In this document: piece after piece, positions 13,439-27,190 of the stretch
Layout of the letters: each line of letters begins with the position of its first letter
How positions within the stretch are numbered: position 1 is the first letter of the stretch
NCBI RefSeq assembly: GCF_963921235.1
Contig: NC_086118.1
Coordinates: 20,958,001 to 21,022,000 of the forward strand
Length of the DNA stretch: 64,000 nt
From: Mobula hypostoma
Taxonomy: Eukaryota
Reading direction: 5' to 3'
Notes under the pieces: generated by a model
What the model saw: the letters and a program-made list of their open reading frames with translations, nothing else
The model's database searches: none
Told to the model about the DNA's origin: nothing
Made by a program: the position numbers and the translations under genes

Positions 13439-13526
13439 GTTCTGTGGTCTTATTCAGTTCCAAGGTGATATCAGAAAAAACATCCTTTTTGAGCTCTTGT
13501 TCTTGTTGTGTTATCAATTTCCAGTA
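13439..13526 (+). CDS. TBCD: TBCD internal coding exon (FCGLIQFQGDIRKNILFELLFLLCYQFPV)
   Basis: ccttgcAG acceptor and GTaagt donor. Matches TBCD 'VFCGMVQFPGDVR...LLLCHRFP'. Length 88 nt, phase-consistent. Confidence 0.95.
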
Positions 13527-14339
13527 GTAAGTATTTCTTAATTTATTTAAGAGTATCATAGAATCTTGTGTCCTACCTTTAGCAAATAATGAACAATGTA
13601 TAAAGATCAGGGTGGAGGATATTTTTAGGCAGATGCTCTAACACTATTATCACATAGTTATCATGAAATGCACAGATATACCAATGTGAATGCAATAATC
13701 CATTTATTTAAATTCAGAATTTTGAAATGTATATCTAAGTATTAAATATAAAAATATATAATGCAATTCACCGAAGGTGTCTTACGTAATTTAAACCAGG
13801 CTGTTGCTTTTCTAAGAAGCAAATCAAATAAAAACAGCTACAACTACTCAGAAACATAATAAGACTCTGAATAGTGAAAATGAATGAAAGGTATTTCTGA
13901 GTTTATATTTGTGTGAAAGTGACAGAAGATTACATCTGGAACAGTTAATGCTTTGCTTCAGGCTCAGTAGTTGGTTGCCATGACACCAAATGTGTAAGGC
14001 TGATGATAATTACCTAACAAACACAAAGACAGTAAATCCATCAGAGCTCAGATAGAGATTTAACAGCTATGTCATGCATTGTTTGTTTGGTCATTATTAT
14101 TCCAGCAGCTGGTAACTGTTATGTGGTCACTGGAAAGGGTCCAGCTTCATTTTATTTTAATTAAAAAAAACAGCATCCTGCTATGAAGGAAAATTTGAGT
14201 TAGCAGGTGACATTTAAGAGAAATTATTTTCTTTTATTTTTCTTTGTTAATGCATTTTTTCATGCTGTTTATTGCACCCATTTGAAATGCAGATATGTGC
14301 AATTAGTGCCTGAAGTGTATTTTAACTTATGACATCAAA

Positions 14340-15205
14340 AATTCAAAGTAAATTTATTATCAAAGTACTTATGTCATCATAAACAACCCTGAGAGATTAA
14401 TTTTCTTGCAGGCATACTCAATCAATCCTTAATAGAATAATAACCATAATAGGATGAATGAAAGACTGCACCAACTTAGGTATTCAATCAATGTGTAAAA
14501 GCCACAAACTCTGCAAATACAAAAAGAAAGAAATAATAATAATAAATAAGTAAGCAATAAATATTGAGAACATAAAATGAGTCCTTGAAAGTGAATCCAT
14601 AGGTTGTGGGAACATTTTAATAGGTTCAAGAGCCTGATGGCTGAGGGGGGGTGACTGTTCCTGAACCTGGTGGTGTAAGCTCTAAGGCACCTGTTTGTTG
14701 TTGTTCAGTCAATAAGTCAAGTCTAACTCTTTGTGACCTCATTGACCACAGATACGGAAGTAGATTGCCAGGCCTTTCTTCCGCGCAGATACAGCAGCTG
14801 CCCAGGTTAGGACCTGGCTGGGGTTTGAGCTCAGGGCCATCTGCCTTGAAGTTCAGTGCTGATGCCACCACACCACCAGCACCTGATGACAGCAGCAAGA
14901 AGAAAACATGTTCTAGTAGTGGGGGTCACTGATGATGGATACTGCTCTCCTGCAACAGCATTTCATGTAGATGTGCTCAGTGGTGGGAAGGCTTTGCCTG
15001 CAATGGATTGGACTGTTTCCACTACTTTTCATAGGATTTTCTGTTAAAGAACATTGGTGTTTCCATACCAGACTGTAATGCAGCCAGTCAATATACTCTC
15101 CACTATGCATCTATAGAAGTTTGTCAAAATTTCAGATGTCATGCCGAATCTTCACAAACTCCAAAGGATTTAGAAGTCCTTTGCAAACTTCGTACTTGTG
15201 TGCTG
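14340..15205 (-). mobile_element. Rex1/Babar-like LINE 3' fragment interrupted by a SINE
   Basis: Minus-strand 'ESILTGCITVWYG' motif and the same 3' end (...gataataaatttactttgaa) seen in the copies at 34955 and 51293. Confidence 0.75.
14694..14878 (-). mobile_element. tRNA-derived SINE with RTE-like (CAA)n tail
   Basis: On the minus strand: A box TGGTGTGGTGG, B-box-like GAGCTCAAACC, and a 3' end ggtcacaaagagttagacttgacttattgactgaacaacaacaa. GCACCTG lies on both sides. Confidence 0.75.
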
Positions 15206-16360
15206 GAACTTAAATGAAGTTTTATGCAAAGCTGAGCATTTTCTGATATTTGTACTCAATTCTTTATGCATTAGTGTTTTAGTCCAGTTCAAGCCAGAAT
15301 GAAAATTTTGTTGTCTTTATATCTGTTTTGTAAGCTTAGACTGTAAAATAATAAGAACTTAATTATAAATCCTTGGCAGTTCCCAGATTAAATAAAATTG
15401 AATGAACACGGATGTTTTAGAAAAGAAAAATTACAGAACACAATACAGGATTTTAGGAAATGGGGGTATTTAGATGCATAAGTGGTTTAACTTCAAAGGC
15501 AGTTATAGTCATCTTTAAAGGGGAAGTGATTAGGAAAAAATCTAGTAATTGTAACTATCAATGTGCTTTTTTTCAAATTAGTTAATGAAACAACTAATTA
15601 TAAAGCTTTCTGCTTTCACTAATTGAGAGAAATTGATTTATTAGAATGAAGCAAAATTGAACAGATCCCCTTGCAAATTGCTATGCAAACTTTCTGATTA
15701 GGTCTAAATGTGGTTTTCCCTGTTCAACCCTGACATTATGTTGTTGCTATTCAGGATGAGTTGAAATGGGAAGCACTAATCAGTAAACATTTTTGAGACA
15801 GACTAATCACAACAGCTTCAGTTAATTGTCATATGTTTAGATTTTCAAAAAAAGTCATTTTATAAGGTATCACATAGAAAATGATAAATATTGTGATGAT
15901 ATAAATATTTATATTTCTGGATGAATCAAATTGGGGATCTTAAGAAAAAGATAGTTTATAAATGAATACAATAGGGAAGGAATAAGAAATTTCTTTACTC
16001 AAAGGATAGTTAAAATATAGAATTTGGTCCAGCGGAGGAAGTTAAGTTAAACAGCTTAGTTCTTTTGAACAGTAATCTAGGGAAATACATGAAAGAAAAA
16101 TTAATAATTATGTGCTGAAAGACTTAAGTTTATGTCAATAAAAGGAGTATAAACAACAGCAAAATTCAAAATTCATTGGCCTCTGATTATACTAGCACTT
16201 AATTCTCTGAAATATTAAACATATTGACACTAAAATACCTATTTCACCGGTCCTAAAGAGTAAATCTAGCATTGATAATGTACACATATAAAATGTTAAT
16301 AAATGTATTTTAGGGTTAACTTGTGTCTGATTATTCTATATTTCAAACATTGAAAGATGA

Positions 16361-16501
<141 letters not shown>

Positions 16502-16589
16502 TAAGCAGCAACAACTGTGGAAGCAGGTCTTGCACTGTGCTCAAAGTCAGTTAGCACAAAAACGAGGAACAGGACTACAGAAAGTGTAG

Positions 16590-17265
16590 CTGGGGTGCTT
16601 AAAAAAGAAAAGACAGACCATGAAATATCACTGGCAGATAAGATTAATGAAAATCCTAAAAACATTTTATGTATATTAAGAGGGTAATTATGGAAAGAGT
16701 GGAGCCCATTAGGTACCAAAGGGGCAAACCTAAGATATTCCCCATGAATATTTTATTCACTGAAAAAGACAATGTAGTTGAACATTTTAAATTGAGTCAG
16801 TGAAATTCTTGAGTACTTTAGATATTTTGGTGGCTATAAAAGCAGATAAATTTGACAAGGTACTAAGCAGAATCCTATACTGATGTGGGAGGCAGGAGAT
16901 TGCTTGGATTTTGGTAGAGACATTTAAATCACTTGCCACAGAAGAGGTGCAGATGACTGTACGACCGCAAATGTAGTGTCTTTGTTCAAAGTAGCCGCAG
17001 GTATAAGTAGATAATTATTGGCTGACGGTGGAGGAATTAATCAACATACAGAAACATTTTAGAAAGGACCTGAGTGTAATTGTGATCTGGCAGCTAGTGG
17101 GAGCAGGTTGACTCAGAACATTTATGAACTATCTGGATAAGCATTTGAGTTACTGAGGCATTGTAGGCCACAGACCATGGTCTTGTGAATGGGATTAGCA
17201 TATAAGGGTTGAGACGGTCATGTTGACCAAAGAACTTGTTCTGATGTTTTTATGAATCTGTAACT
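16590..17265 (+). mobile_element. Old, highly decayed CR1 fragments
   Basis: Remnants of 'ENPK.FY.YI.', 'ANVV.LFK' and a CR1-like 3' end. Confidence 0.55.
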
Positions 17266-17429
17266 CTCAGTTGGTCTTAATATGTTCTTAACCCCCTCCC
17301 CATTCCCCAAAGGGAATAGCTATTACTAATACTGAAGAATAACTGAAAGGCATTCCAGCCTCCCCTTTCATGTAGATCAGTGAAAAGACTATAGATATGA
17401 GAAATCCAACAGAGATACATTTAAAGATA

Positions 17430-20163
17430 AGTTGGCTGGGTTATATGATAACATTAACAATAAGAAGGTGGTTTTTGTCTGTGGGGATTTTAATATTGAC
17501 TTGTTAAATCCTCATGGACGTACACAAATAACAAATGTTATCAATACAATGTTTTGCATGAGTTCATATCCTTCAATCACACAACCAAGCAGGATAACTG
17601 TAAATAGTGCTACACTCATCGATAACATATTTACAAATGTTACTGATGGGAAAATAACAGGAGGTTTACTCATAAATGATGTTAGCGATCACCTGCCTGT
17701 TTTTGTCGCTGTTGAGAGCTGCATCATGATTAATAATGAAATTAAAACTAATAGGTTAATTCGACATATAACAGAAGATACCATTAAGTCTCTTAAGGAG
17801 GGGTTAATTAAACAAGATTGGAATACAGTCTATGTAGATAAAGCCTATGAAGCATTTGTTTCTGTAATAACTAATTTGTGTGATAAACATTGCCCACTAG
17901 TTAAAAAAGTTGACAAAAAGAAGTATATTGATAAGCCTTGGTTAACAAAGGGAATACAAAATGCTTGTAAAAAGAAAAATGTATTATATAAGAAATTCTT
18001 AAAACATAGAACAAAGGAAGCTGAAATTAAATACAAGATATATAAAAATAAGTTAGCAGGTATTATGAGATCTAGTAAAAGGAGTTATTATAGTAAATTA
18101 TTGGAGAATAATAGAAATAACATTAAAAATACTTGGTTTTAAATGAAATTATTAAAAAGGATAAAAGGAAAAACAATTTACCCATATTACTTTAATTCAA
18201 AGAATGGTATGGTAATAAAGGATACTAATTTGGTTGCAGATAGGTTTAATGATTTATTTGTTAATGTGGGAACTAAATTAGCTAAATCAATTACTGAACC
18301 CAGCAATAAAGATGGAGTAAATAGTAATATTATCAATATAAACACTTACACTATGTTTATTAGAGCAACTGAGGAAAAAAAAATAATTGATATAGTATAT
18401 AAATCAAAGAGCAAGAAACTAGCAGATTGGAATGGATATGATATGTATTTAACTAAAAACATCATTGACGGTGTTGACTCATATTTGTAATCAGTCTTTG
18501 ATTGCTGGGAAATTTCCCAATAAAATGAAAATAGCAAAGGTCATTCCAATATACAAAGCTGGAGATAAACATGTATTTTCAAATTATACACCAGTTTCTT
18601 TGCTCTCACAGTTTTCCAAAATATTGGAAAAAATATTTGTAAGAAGGGTAAGTGATTTCATAACAAAACATAATGTACTCTGTGAACAGCAATATGGTTT
18701 CAGAAAAAAACAGAACCACTACAATAGCATTAATAGATTTTGTAGAAGAAATATCAAACACTATAGAAAGAAATGAATACACAGTGGGAATATTCCTTGA
18801 TCTATAAAAAGCATTTGACACCATTGACCACAAATTATTATTAACAAAATTAGAAAGATATGGTATTAGAGGGGTGGTACATGAGTGATTAAGTAGTTAT
18901 TTGGAAGACAGGTATTAGTATGTACATATAAACAACTCGAATTCAAAACTTTTGAGAGTAACTTGTGGGGTTCTACGAGGTTCAGTGCTTGGTCCATTGC
19001 TGTTCATTTTGTATATAAATGATATATGTATGGTCTCTCAGACATTAGAATGTATATTATTTGCTGATGATACAACTATACTTTGTAGTGCGGAGCATCT
19101 GAAACAACTTTTGGATACAGTGGAGAAAGAACTGAAAATTATAAAGAAGTGGTTTGATACTAACAAATTATCACTGAATCTAAGTAAAACTAAATTCATA
19201 ATATTTGGAAACTGTGTACCAAACTCATATAGTAAACTTAGAATAAATGATGTTGAAATTGACAAGATATCTGAAACAAAATTTTTAGGAGTGTTAATAG
19301 ATAATAAATTAAGCTGGAAACCACATATAAATTATGTCAAAGCAAAAATGTCAAAATCTATTGCAATACTGTACAAAGTGCAAGATTTCTTAATTCAGGA
19401 ATCTTTGCATACATTATACTGTTCACTTATAGTCCCATACATGACTTACTGTGTAGAGGTACGGGGAAATACATACAAAACAAATACAAACTCAATTTTT
19501 CTACTCCAAAAGAAAGACAAATGAATTGTAAATAAGTTGTTATGAGCCAACCAATCCACTATTTATTCAACTAAATACTTTAAAATTCAGAGATTTCATA
19601 GATTTTAAAATAATACAAATTATGTATAAAGTGAAAAATGGACAGCTACCACAAAGGTTGTTTAAAATGAGAGAAAGTCAATATGATTTGAGAGGAACAT
19701 GTATATTTCAAAAACAAAGGATAAGAACAAATGTAAAAAATCATTGTTTTTCAGTCAGAGGGGTGAATTTATGGAACAGTTGTAGTTTGAATTTAAAAAC
19801 ATGCACCACACTTAACAAGTTTAAAAAATTATTTAAAAATAATTTAATGAACGCATATAAAATACATGGTTTAAAATGAATGGGAATAATGTAAATAAAT
19901 GATACTTGGAATTGAATTTTGTGTTAAAAAGTTATGAATTTTTTTTGTTTTGATGTGATGATTGACGCCAAATATGTTGTTGTATAAGTAAGAGGGGTAG
20001 GCGTAATAAGCTGTAGCTTCAGCCTACACCCTTTAGGTCTGCTTTAAAGAATATCTATGTTTTTTTGTTGTTGTAATTTTGTCCTATGAAATCATCGTTG
20101 AAAATGATGCTTTTTGTTATGTTTGTACTGACCGATATAAATTTCATTCATTATTCATTCATT
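17430..20163 (+). mobile_element. Crack/Daphne-like (CR1/L2 group) LINE, 5'-truncated, APE + RT
   Basis: ORF pieces give APE motifs 'GDFNIDL', 'ATLIDNIFTN' and 'SDHLPVF', and RT motifs 'KIAKVIPIYK', 'QYGFR', 'KAFDTIDH', 'GSVLGPLLFILYIND' and 'FADDT'. 3' stem-loop at ~19993-20033 and (TTCA)n-type tail at ~20142-20163. Confidence 0.9.
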
Positions 20164-22120
20164 ATACATAAATATTAAGATTGATCTTGTGAGCAAAGGG
20201 TGTTTTGGATTTTGCAGTATTCTACAAAGTGCAACAGCTTGAGCGATGGAGGAATTACTCAATATATGTAAAATAAAAAGTGAAATTACCAAGACACTGG
20301 TATTAAAAGTACTTAAGTGTTTATCTTCATGTTAATTCAATCATCATCTTTTGGCACCCTTCAAATAATTCCAAACAGATAAAGGCACTTGGATTTTAAT
20401 TTAGAATAAAATGAAGGATTTAGAGGATTGCAAGTGAATTAAAGGATGTTATATTAGTTGTATTTGCTTTGTTGAGTACATGTATTAACAATTGTGAAAA
20501 ACAATGGGCAACTTTAAGTATGTATTTATGGAAAGAATGGTTGGCCAGTCTTAGTGTATAGTCAGTGTGTTCAAGTATTCCTTGCCTGCAGACTTCACCA
20601 TCACTACCTGTCTGCAGATTCACAATTAAGTACAGAAGTTTCTGATCAAATGGAGCTGAAGTACCTAGATACACTGGCCTCTCGGTTTTTCACATGCCAC
20701 AAGTGGAACTGCTGAATGTCCTACTTATTTAAAGAGGTAGGTGTGGCCACTAACTAGGCTCTTTGTGATCCATTCTGCTGATAAGGCAACCTTTAATGTT
20801 TTTGCCACCTTCAACTTGGGCAGAAAGGTCTCGACTATAAACTTGCTTGGTAACTCTTTAATTCTCTAAGGGCAAGTTTTATCGGTACTTTGTTCCTTAC
20901 TCAGAATGTAGGACTTTATTTTTTTAATCAAATTTTGGTTGAAGTCCAATTCAAGAATCCTTGATAGGTTTACACACTTCCATTCTTTCTACAATCAATC
21001 AGTAACACTTAATATGATATAACAGGTTAAATAACATTAATCATAGAGCATAAAACTTAAACAGATAATTAAAGTTTATACTAATGAATGTTTCACAAAA
21101 TTTCAAAACTTTGCTTTCCCAGTCTCCCAACAATTGTGATTCCTCGAGGTGGCTGCAGGTATAATCTTGGTGTGGAACCTATGAGTGTACACAAGAGAAA
21201 TGGGTATTGGGAATAGAAAGTTATGTATTAATACATTTTTTTCAGATGTAATTGATGAGATGGTTGTAAAATGAACAGCATCTGTTTCTCTATTTATAGA
21301 GTACCACGTAGCTACGGTTTTTTTGGATTCAAAATAATAGTGCCATTCCAGATGAAAATGCATTTCATCTTGAAGGGATTTGTATTGCCACTTCATATGG
21401 GTTCATTTTGTGAACAGAGTTAGACTGATTACAGCATCTAGTTCTGAAATGAATTAAGTACTTAATGTTACATGAACCAATCAGCAGGAAAAAGAACCAA
21501 TATATGTATTTGAACTATTGGAATGCTTTGGACAGAGTAGAGATTTGCTTTGGGGTTGACCAAAGCTAACATTTTCTTCAGTCTGTTTCATATTTATTTC
21601 CTTCATTTTAATTAATAACCTTTAAGAAATGTCCTAAATTAGTTGAGCATTTGTTGTAAAGTATACTACAATGAACTGTACATATTGCTTTGTCATAGTT
21701 TTGTGGTATTTACAGTTAATGCTGAAATGGTGCTTTACATTGCTCCCAGTACAGAAAAGTAGCCACAGCAATCTAGTGATCTCTCTGACTTGGCCGTATC
21801 CTTTTCTGCCTATGATTTCTGTCAGATGTTGGTTCAAAGAAATCCTTTGTGTCTGTGTAGTTCATAAGCTAAGTAGAATCTTGTATTAAGAATATTCAGT
21901 TAAATGTGGAAGAGTACAAATCTTAGCTCAATATTATAGATGCACCATGAACTGTTGAATGTAGAGTCAGAATATCAGTTTATAAACTTAGTTAAATATT
22001 GGTACTAGTTTGTTATTGTCACATGTATTGAGATAAAGTGAAAAGCTTTTCTTATATACTGTTCAGGCAGATCAATTCATTACACAATTCATTGAGGTAA
22101 ACCAGTAGCAATGCAGAATT

Positions 22121-22752
22121 GATTAGATTATGAGGACATGCAGTCCTCTTTTAATGTCATTTAGTAATGCATGCATTACAATGTTTTTCCAGAATGATAT
22201 CACAGAAAACACATGACAAACCAAGACTGAAAAACTGACAAAAACCACATAATTATAACATATAGTTTCAACAGTGCAAAGCAATACCGTAATGTGATAA
22301 GAACAGACCATGGGCACGGTAAAATCTCAAATTCTCTCGAAAGTCCCATCATCTCATGCAGACGGTAAACCTCCAGCACCGCAAGCTTGCTGATGCAGCA
22401 TCCCGGAAGCATCTGACCACAGTCCGAGTCCATCCGAAAACTCCGAGCCTCCGACCAGCTCTCCGACACTGATGCAACAAGTACCATCTGTGCAGAGGGC
22501 TTCCACCCTGGCCCTGGCAACAGGCAGTAGGCAAGGCCGAGGATTTGGGGCCTTCCCTCTGGAGATTCTCGATCGCACGGTAGCAGCAGCAGCGAAGCGG
22601 GCATTTCAGAAGTTTCTCCAGATGTTTCTCCGTGCTTCTTCACGTCTGTCTCTATCAAATCAGGATTGTGCACTGCATCCTACTTCACAGATACGATATC
22701 ATTCGGCACGGCCGCGCGCGCTGCGTCACGCTGCCATCTTCTTCTCCCTCCC
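22121..22752 (-). mobile_element. Non-autonomous LINE-derived element (AAGATGGC 5' end, AATCT tail)
   Basis: The minus strand starts GGGAGGGAGAAGAAGATGGCAGCGTGACGCAGCGCGCGC, has a CpG-rich body and ends in a short AATCTAATC tail. No coding remnant. Confidence 0.55.
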
Positions 22753-22894
22753 AATGTAATAGAAACATTTTAAAGTATTTGAGAGGAAATTACATTTGTA
22801 AATGTCATATTTTAAGGAATTAGAATTCCAGGCAGTTGAGGGTTGGGGAAGGTAGGGAAAATCAGCCACGTGTGAATTCCGCTGTTGTGTATTT

Positions 22895-23053
22895 GATCAT
22901 TTCCTGATCGGTCAGGGCATCAAAGTTATATGGTGAGAAGGTAAGTGTACGGAGTTGAGTGGGATCTGGGATCAGCCATGATGGAATGGCGGAGCACACT
23001 CAATGGGCTGAATGGCCTAATTCTGCTCCTATGTCTTACAGTATATCTTATGG
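22895..23053 (+). mobile_element. CR1 3' end fragment
   Basis: ...gatcagccatgatggaatggcggagcacactcaatgggctgaatggcctaattctgctcctatgtctta, the same 3' end as the other CR1 copies in the window. Confidence 0.8.
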
Positions 23054-23294
23054 TTATTTCCTTACTTCATACACCATTAAATTTTCATCACACAACGTTT
23101 TCAGAATATTTTCCTGTAAAGCCAGCTACTTTGAATTAATGGGCACTATAACTGCAGCCCATTGATGCTGCTGAATTACTATACTCCTAAATTTAGGAAA
23201 ATCGAATAAACTGCTTTGACGTCATTATCATGTCTGCAGCATGCAATCCAAGTGAAGTGCTGCAGTGTAAATTTAAACTCATTATCGTGGCATT

Positions 23295-23553
23295 GGACCC
23301 GGTTGGTGGTGTAGTGGCACCAGCGCCGGACTTTGGAACGAAAGGTCCGGAGTTCGAATCCAGCCGGCTCCCCTGCACGCTTTCCATCCGTGCTGGGTTA
23401 CGAGCTGGCGATCTCTTTGGAAACTCACCCGGCAGAAGGCAATGGCAAGCCACTGCTGTATCTTGCCTTGTACGTGGTTCCCCACTGTGTCAGAGAGGCG
23501 TGGAGGGAAATCGTCAGCTAACCGGAGAAACTCCGGATGCAACATACCTTTCC
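23295..23553 (+). mobile_element. tRNA-derived SINE
   Basis: A box TGGTGTAGTGG, B box GTTCGAATCC and an RTE-like 'ggcaatggcaagccact' motif. Flanked by tatc(g/a)tgg(c/t)att at 23283-23294 and 23554-23565. Confidence 0.85.
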
Positions 23554-24290
23554 TATCATGGTATTAAACACAGAAAATGCTGGAATGAGACACAAAGTTA
23601 ACATTTCTGTCAAAGACTGTTGGCTTGTTTATATGCAAACTAACAAATTTCATTTTAAATACCTCAATATTTTTAGAATAGTTTTGGAAGTAGGTTGAAT
23701 AATGGTGGAATTCTGAAAACCATGCATTCTTGTCACTAATTTTCCTTTCTGTTTGAAGTACAAAATGATTAAGTATACTAAAAAAAAATAGAAGTATGAC
23801 TGCTTTGTGTTTCTTTTGCAGTGGAGGCTTTGGAAGAATGCAGCAAGTTTCAGAATTCGAGGCTCTTTGACTATTAAATAATATCTCCATTATTCTAGTG
23901 TTTTATAATAACTAATCTTCCAATGCAGTATTGTTGGTATTAATGATTTTCAATACTTACAAAAACGAAAGCCCTCATATATAGACTGACTGAATCCTTC
24001 TGTTGCAATTTCTCTGCCTTGAACTCAAATGTAAGGAATTACATATCTTTGTTCCTGAATACAGGGAATTAATTTTGAGTAATTTACTGGGAGTGTGCCT
24101 GAACGTCATCCAAGGTTAAGAAGGTTCAATAACTGAATTATTTACATTATAAATGTGTTATTGTTGATTGTTCCAGCTCCTTTAAAATGTTGCTCTAAGT
24201 AACAGAAGTTATGGTTCATGCTCACTGAATGTAATCTATTGTAAAGCTGTTATAACTGGTTAACTTGCCTAAAATATTCTTTGGCTGCAG

Positions 24291-24375
24291 GGATGCTGAC
24301 CTTCCCACCGTACGAGCTCAGCGGAATCATCTCTGTGACCTGATGGGTGTTCCAAAACCGGTACTTGTTACTAAG
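24291..24375 (+). CDS. TBCD: TBCD penultimate coding exon (DADLPTVRAQRNHLCDLMGVPKPVLVTK)
   Basis: ttggctgcAG acceptor and AAG|GTatat donor. Matches TBCD 'WDAEL...QRNRLCDLLGVPRP'. TG|G = Trp across the junction. Confidence 0.95.
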
Positions 24376-24732
24376 GTATATTGGCAAATAATAGTTATAT
24401 AGTAACAAGGCCTTGGCTTTACTTTTACACCACATTCTGAAATGCATATTGGCCTTCCTAACATTTTCTTTCCTTAAAGACTTTGCTTATGATTTAGGTT
24501 GTTAGCCGATTCCACTAGTCAGAATTATTTTTACATGTGTGATTGATTGTGCATTTGTTTGAAACTGTGTTTGTTTTTTTTAAGAAACAAAATTTTACTG
24601 TACTTGTGTAGGAGATTTTTCAAAGACAGTTCCAGGCAGGATCATGGCAATAAGACGTTGTTGATAATTTAAAATTAAGTGTAATCTGTATTACCAAGAT
24701 AGTCCTCTTGTAGATTTGCATATTTATCTGTA

Positions 24733-25135
24733 GGTGGCAAAGTGGCACAGCAGTTTGTGCAATTTTCTCATTGTTCCTGGGAAGTGGGTTTCATGCTGAC
24801 TTTGGGTACTGTGTGCTGGAACTTGCATGAATTGGGATGAGGTGCCTGCTTCCATACTGAATTATAGCCAGTGACTTCAGGTGTTCCCACGACATACTCC
24901 AGTTCCCTCCATGTTCTAAACATGTGCTGGTAGGTTAATAGGATACTGTTAATTAACTTTGAGTACAAATGGCAAAAGAATCAAAACTGGGCATAGGAGG
25001 ATAAAGAAAATGCAAGAAAACAAGTTGCAGGGCAATCAGAAAGTAAGGGAGGGGCATGAAATTGATGAGATTACCATTTTGGAAGTCAGCATGAACCCAG
25101 TGAGCCAAATGGTCTCTTGTTGTATCACAGTAAGT
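24733..25135 (+). mobile_element. Decayed V-SINE (HE1-like)
   Basis: 'ctgactttgggtactgtgtgctggaacttgca' and 'ctccagttccctccatgttctaaac' resemble the V domain. Confidence 0.5.
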
Positions 25136-25501
25136 ATCTGAAAGCTCGATATGTTAGAGAGCATGACAACACAGCTCTTATTATGACCATTAAATATTTT
25201 GGATTTTCAGTCTGGTTGCTTGCCGCAGGGCCAACTAGAAATCAAATAGGAAACTGTATTCAGTACAAACTATTCTAATTTGGTCAATTTTAGAAATAGT
25301 TAGTAGCATCTTTCAGATCAGAAATCTTAATACTAATTTGTACACCTATTTTTCCAGAACAACTCAATGTGCTAAAACTTGAAAATCCTCAAAATTTGCA
25401 AACCTCATTTTCAACACAGTTCATAACTTATAACAATTATAAGTAACTATTTAGATTGGATCAACTAATGTATCATCAATCTAATCTTTTTGTGACTGCA
25501 G

Positions 25502-25522
25502 CTGCATCAGGGCGTTCCATGA
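25502..25522 (+). CDS. TBCD: Probable TBCD terminal coding exon (LHQGVP*), followed by 3' UTR
   Basis: CTAAT branch-like motif at 25481, pyrimidine tract and ctgcAG acceptor. Phase 0 gives a 6-aa tail and TGA, similar in size to the short last coding exon of vertebrate TBCD. Too short for homology proof. Confidence 0.55.
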   Translation: MHQGVP

Positions 25523-25680
25523 CTGAAGATTTCCCATGTGTCTGAACAGACAAGACATGCAGAGAGCCAAATGTGTATTCAGTCTACTACCCGTTGGATG
25601 CCTTTCACAAACTGTTCCAATCTGTTGCCACTACAAAGCAAGATGACTGAAGAGCTGCTCAGCATGTGAAGGAACACACA

Positions 25681-25686
25681 AATAAA
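25681..25686 (+). promoter_or_regulatory. Candidate TBCD polyadenylation signal (AATAAA); another at 25963-25968
   Basis: First canonical AATAAA downstream of the candidate stop codon. Confidence 0.3.
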
Positions 25687-27009
25687 GAGTAGGCTGCGTT
25701 CAACCTCAACATTTCCCTCCAGATGTTTTTCTTGATGTGGTTATTGATTTCCTTAAGACCCCAAAGGGGGGTAAATTGCTCAATAAGTCAATACTACATG
25801 CACTGTTAACAATTGTTTTTGAACGCAGTGTTTGGATGCAACCCTTCAACCCCACAAGACGGCACCTTTGCTTCCTCAACATCATTTACTTTGTTTAGGT
25901 TCAGTGTACTAGAGCTGATGTTCTGTTGCTATTGATTAATCTGAACCTAAACTACATTCTTAAATAAAAATCATGAGCTTTATCTGTACTCTCAGGCTGC
26001 AAGTGAAGTTTCATTTGAACTATTTCTCAACTCTAAATTTTATCTCCAAGTTATGGTGGAGAAACAGGTTATTTTCTTTGGAGCAAATAGAGAAGTACAT
26101 AAGATTGTAACTAGTTTAGATAGTGTTATCAGAAGGAAGATTAACATCCAGGAGGGAGATTTAAAATTTTTGGCAAAAATGCAAATCTGAGCTAGTGATG
26201 AATACAGTCTTTATCCACCAGGCTGCATTTTTGAAGTGAGAAAATTTTGAAAAATATAATGGCAAGTTTCCTAATGTGCCCAATGTGACTTTGAAGCAGG
26301 CTTCAAATTATAATAATAAATATTAAATCAAGATTTATGATGTAATTTAGGACCCAAATACCACTGATTTTGAACAAGATATGTTGGGTACTGCACCAAT
26401 GAAAACTTCACAAATTTCCATGTAAAGACTCAATATCAGATGCATGGGATCATCATGGAACACAAGTGGAACTGCAATAAAATTGTGTCCACAGCACAGT
26501 TGAAAGTTGCGTTACAGCTGTAATATAAGCAAGTAGAGTAAATAATGCAAAGTTGTAACATTGAGGTTCCCTACAATTAGTAACTAGTAAAGGAATTAAA
26601 TGCAAATGATTATCACCAAATGTTAGGATGAAAGGACTTTTTAATCATAGTTTGTTTCTTGGGTTTCTGCTAATTCAATAAATAACCTGACATTCTATTC
26701 AATTTTATAATGATGATTGAGAGACAGAATATTGATTAGGATGAGATAATTCCTCTTCCAGTGGGAATTGGTGTCAACATAAAATTCATATATAAGGAGA
26801 ATGGGTGTGTGTATTAGTCTTGTAGCCATTTTATGCTGCCAAGGTGAATCTTGGGAAGAGCACCACCCCATCAATGCAAATTTCATCATTGGAACCCGAT
26901 CATAAATCTACCTTCACATATTCAAGGCACACAAGATGAAATAAGGGTAAATTTTGGTTCCAAAAGCTCAGAACCACAGCTCAGTCTGCTAACATTATAT
27001 TAAATGTGA

Positions 27010-27190
27010 ACAACCAGAGTGTTAAAGGAACTCAGTGGGTCAACCAGTATCTGTGGAGGTTGAAAATGTATGTCAATGTTTCAGATTGAGACCTTGCATC
27101 AGAACAGTATAAACAAAGTTTGTCAGGCTGTAGAAATCCAAGGGAAGGGTGGGACAGGGCTAGTAGGTGATAGGGGGAGGGGAAAAAATC
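27010..27190 (-). mobile_element. Old Penelope-like pLTR fragment
   Basis: Reverse complement gives 'ctgatgcaaggtctcaatctgaaacattgac...agatactggttgacccactgagttcc', a decayed version of the pLTR in the other copies. Confidence 0.55.

Noticed and set aside
15860..16140. Very old CR1 3' remnant
   Set aside because: Only faint similarity (gaaatttctttactcaaaggatagt), too decayed to delimit.
23300..23372. Functional tRNA genes at the SINE heads (also 14810-14878, 32430-32500, 40825-40897)
   Set aside because: A and B boxes are present, but the acceptor stems are imperfect, there is no oligo-T terminator, and each continues into a SINE body, in most cases with a TSD.
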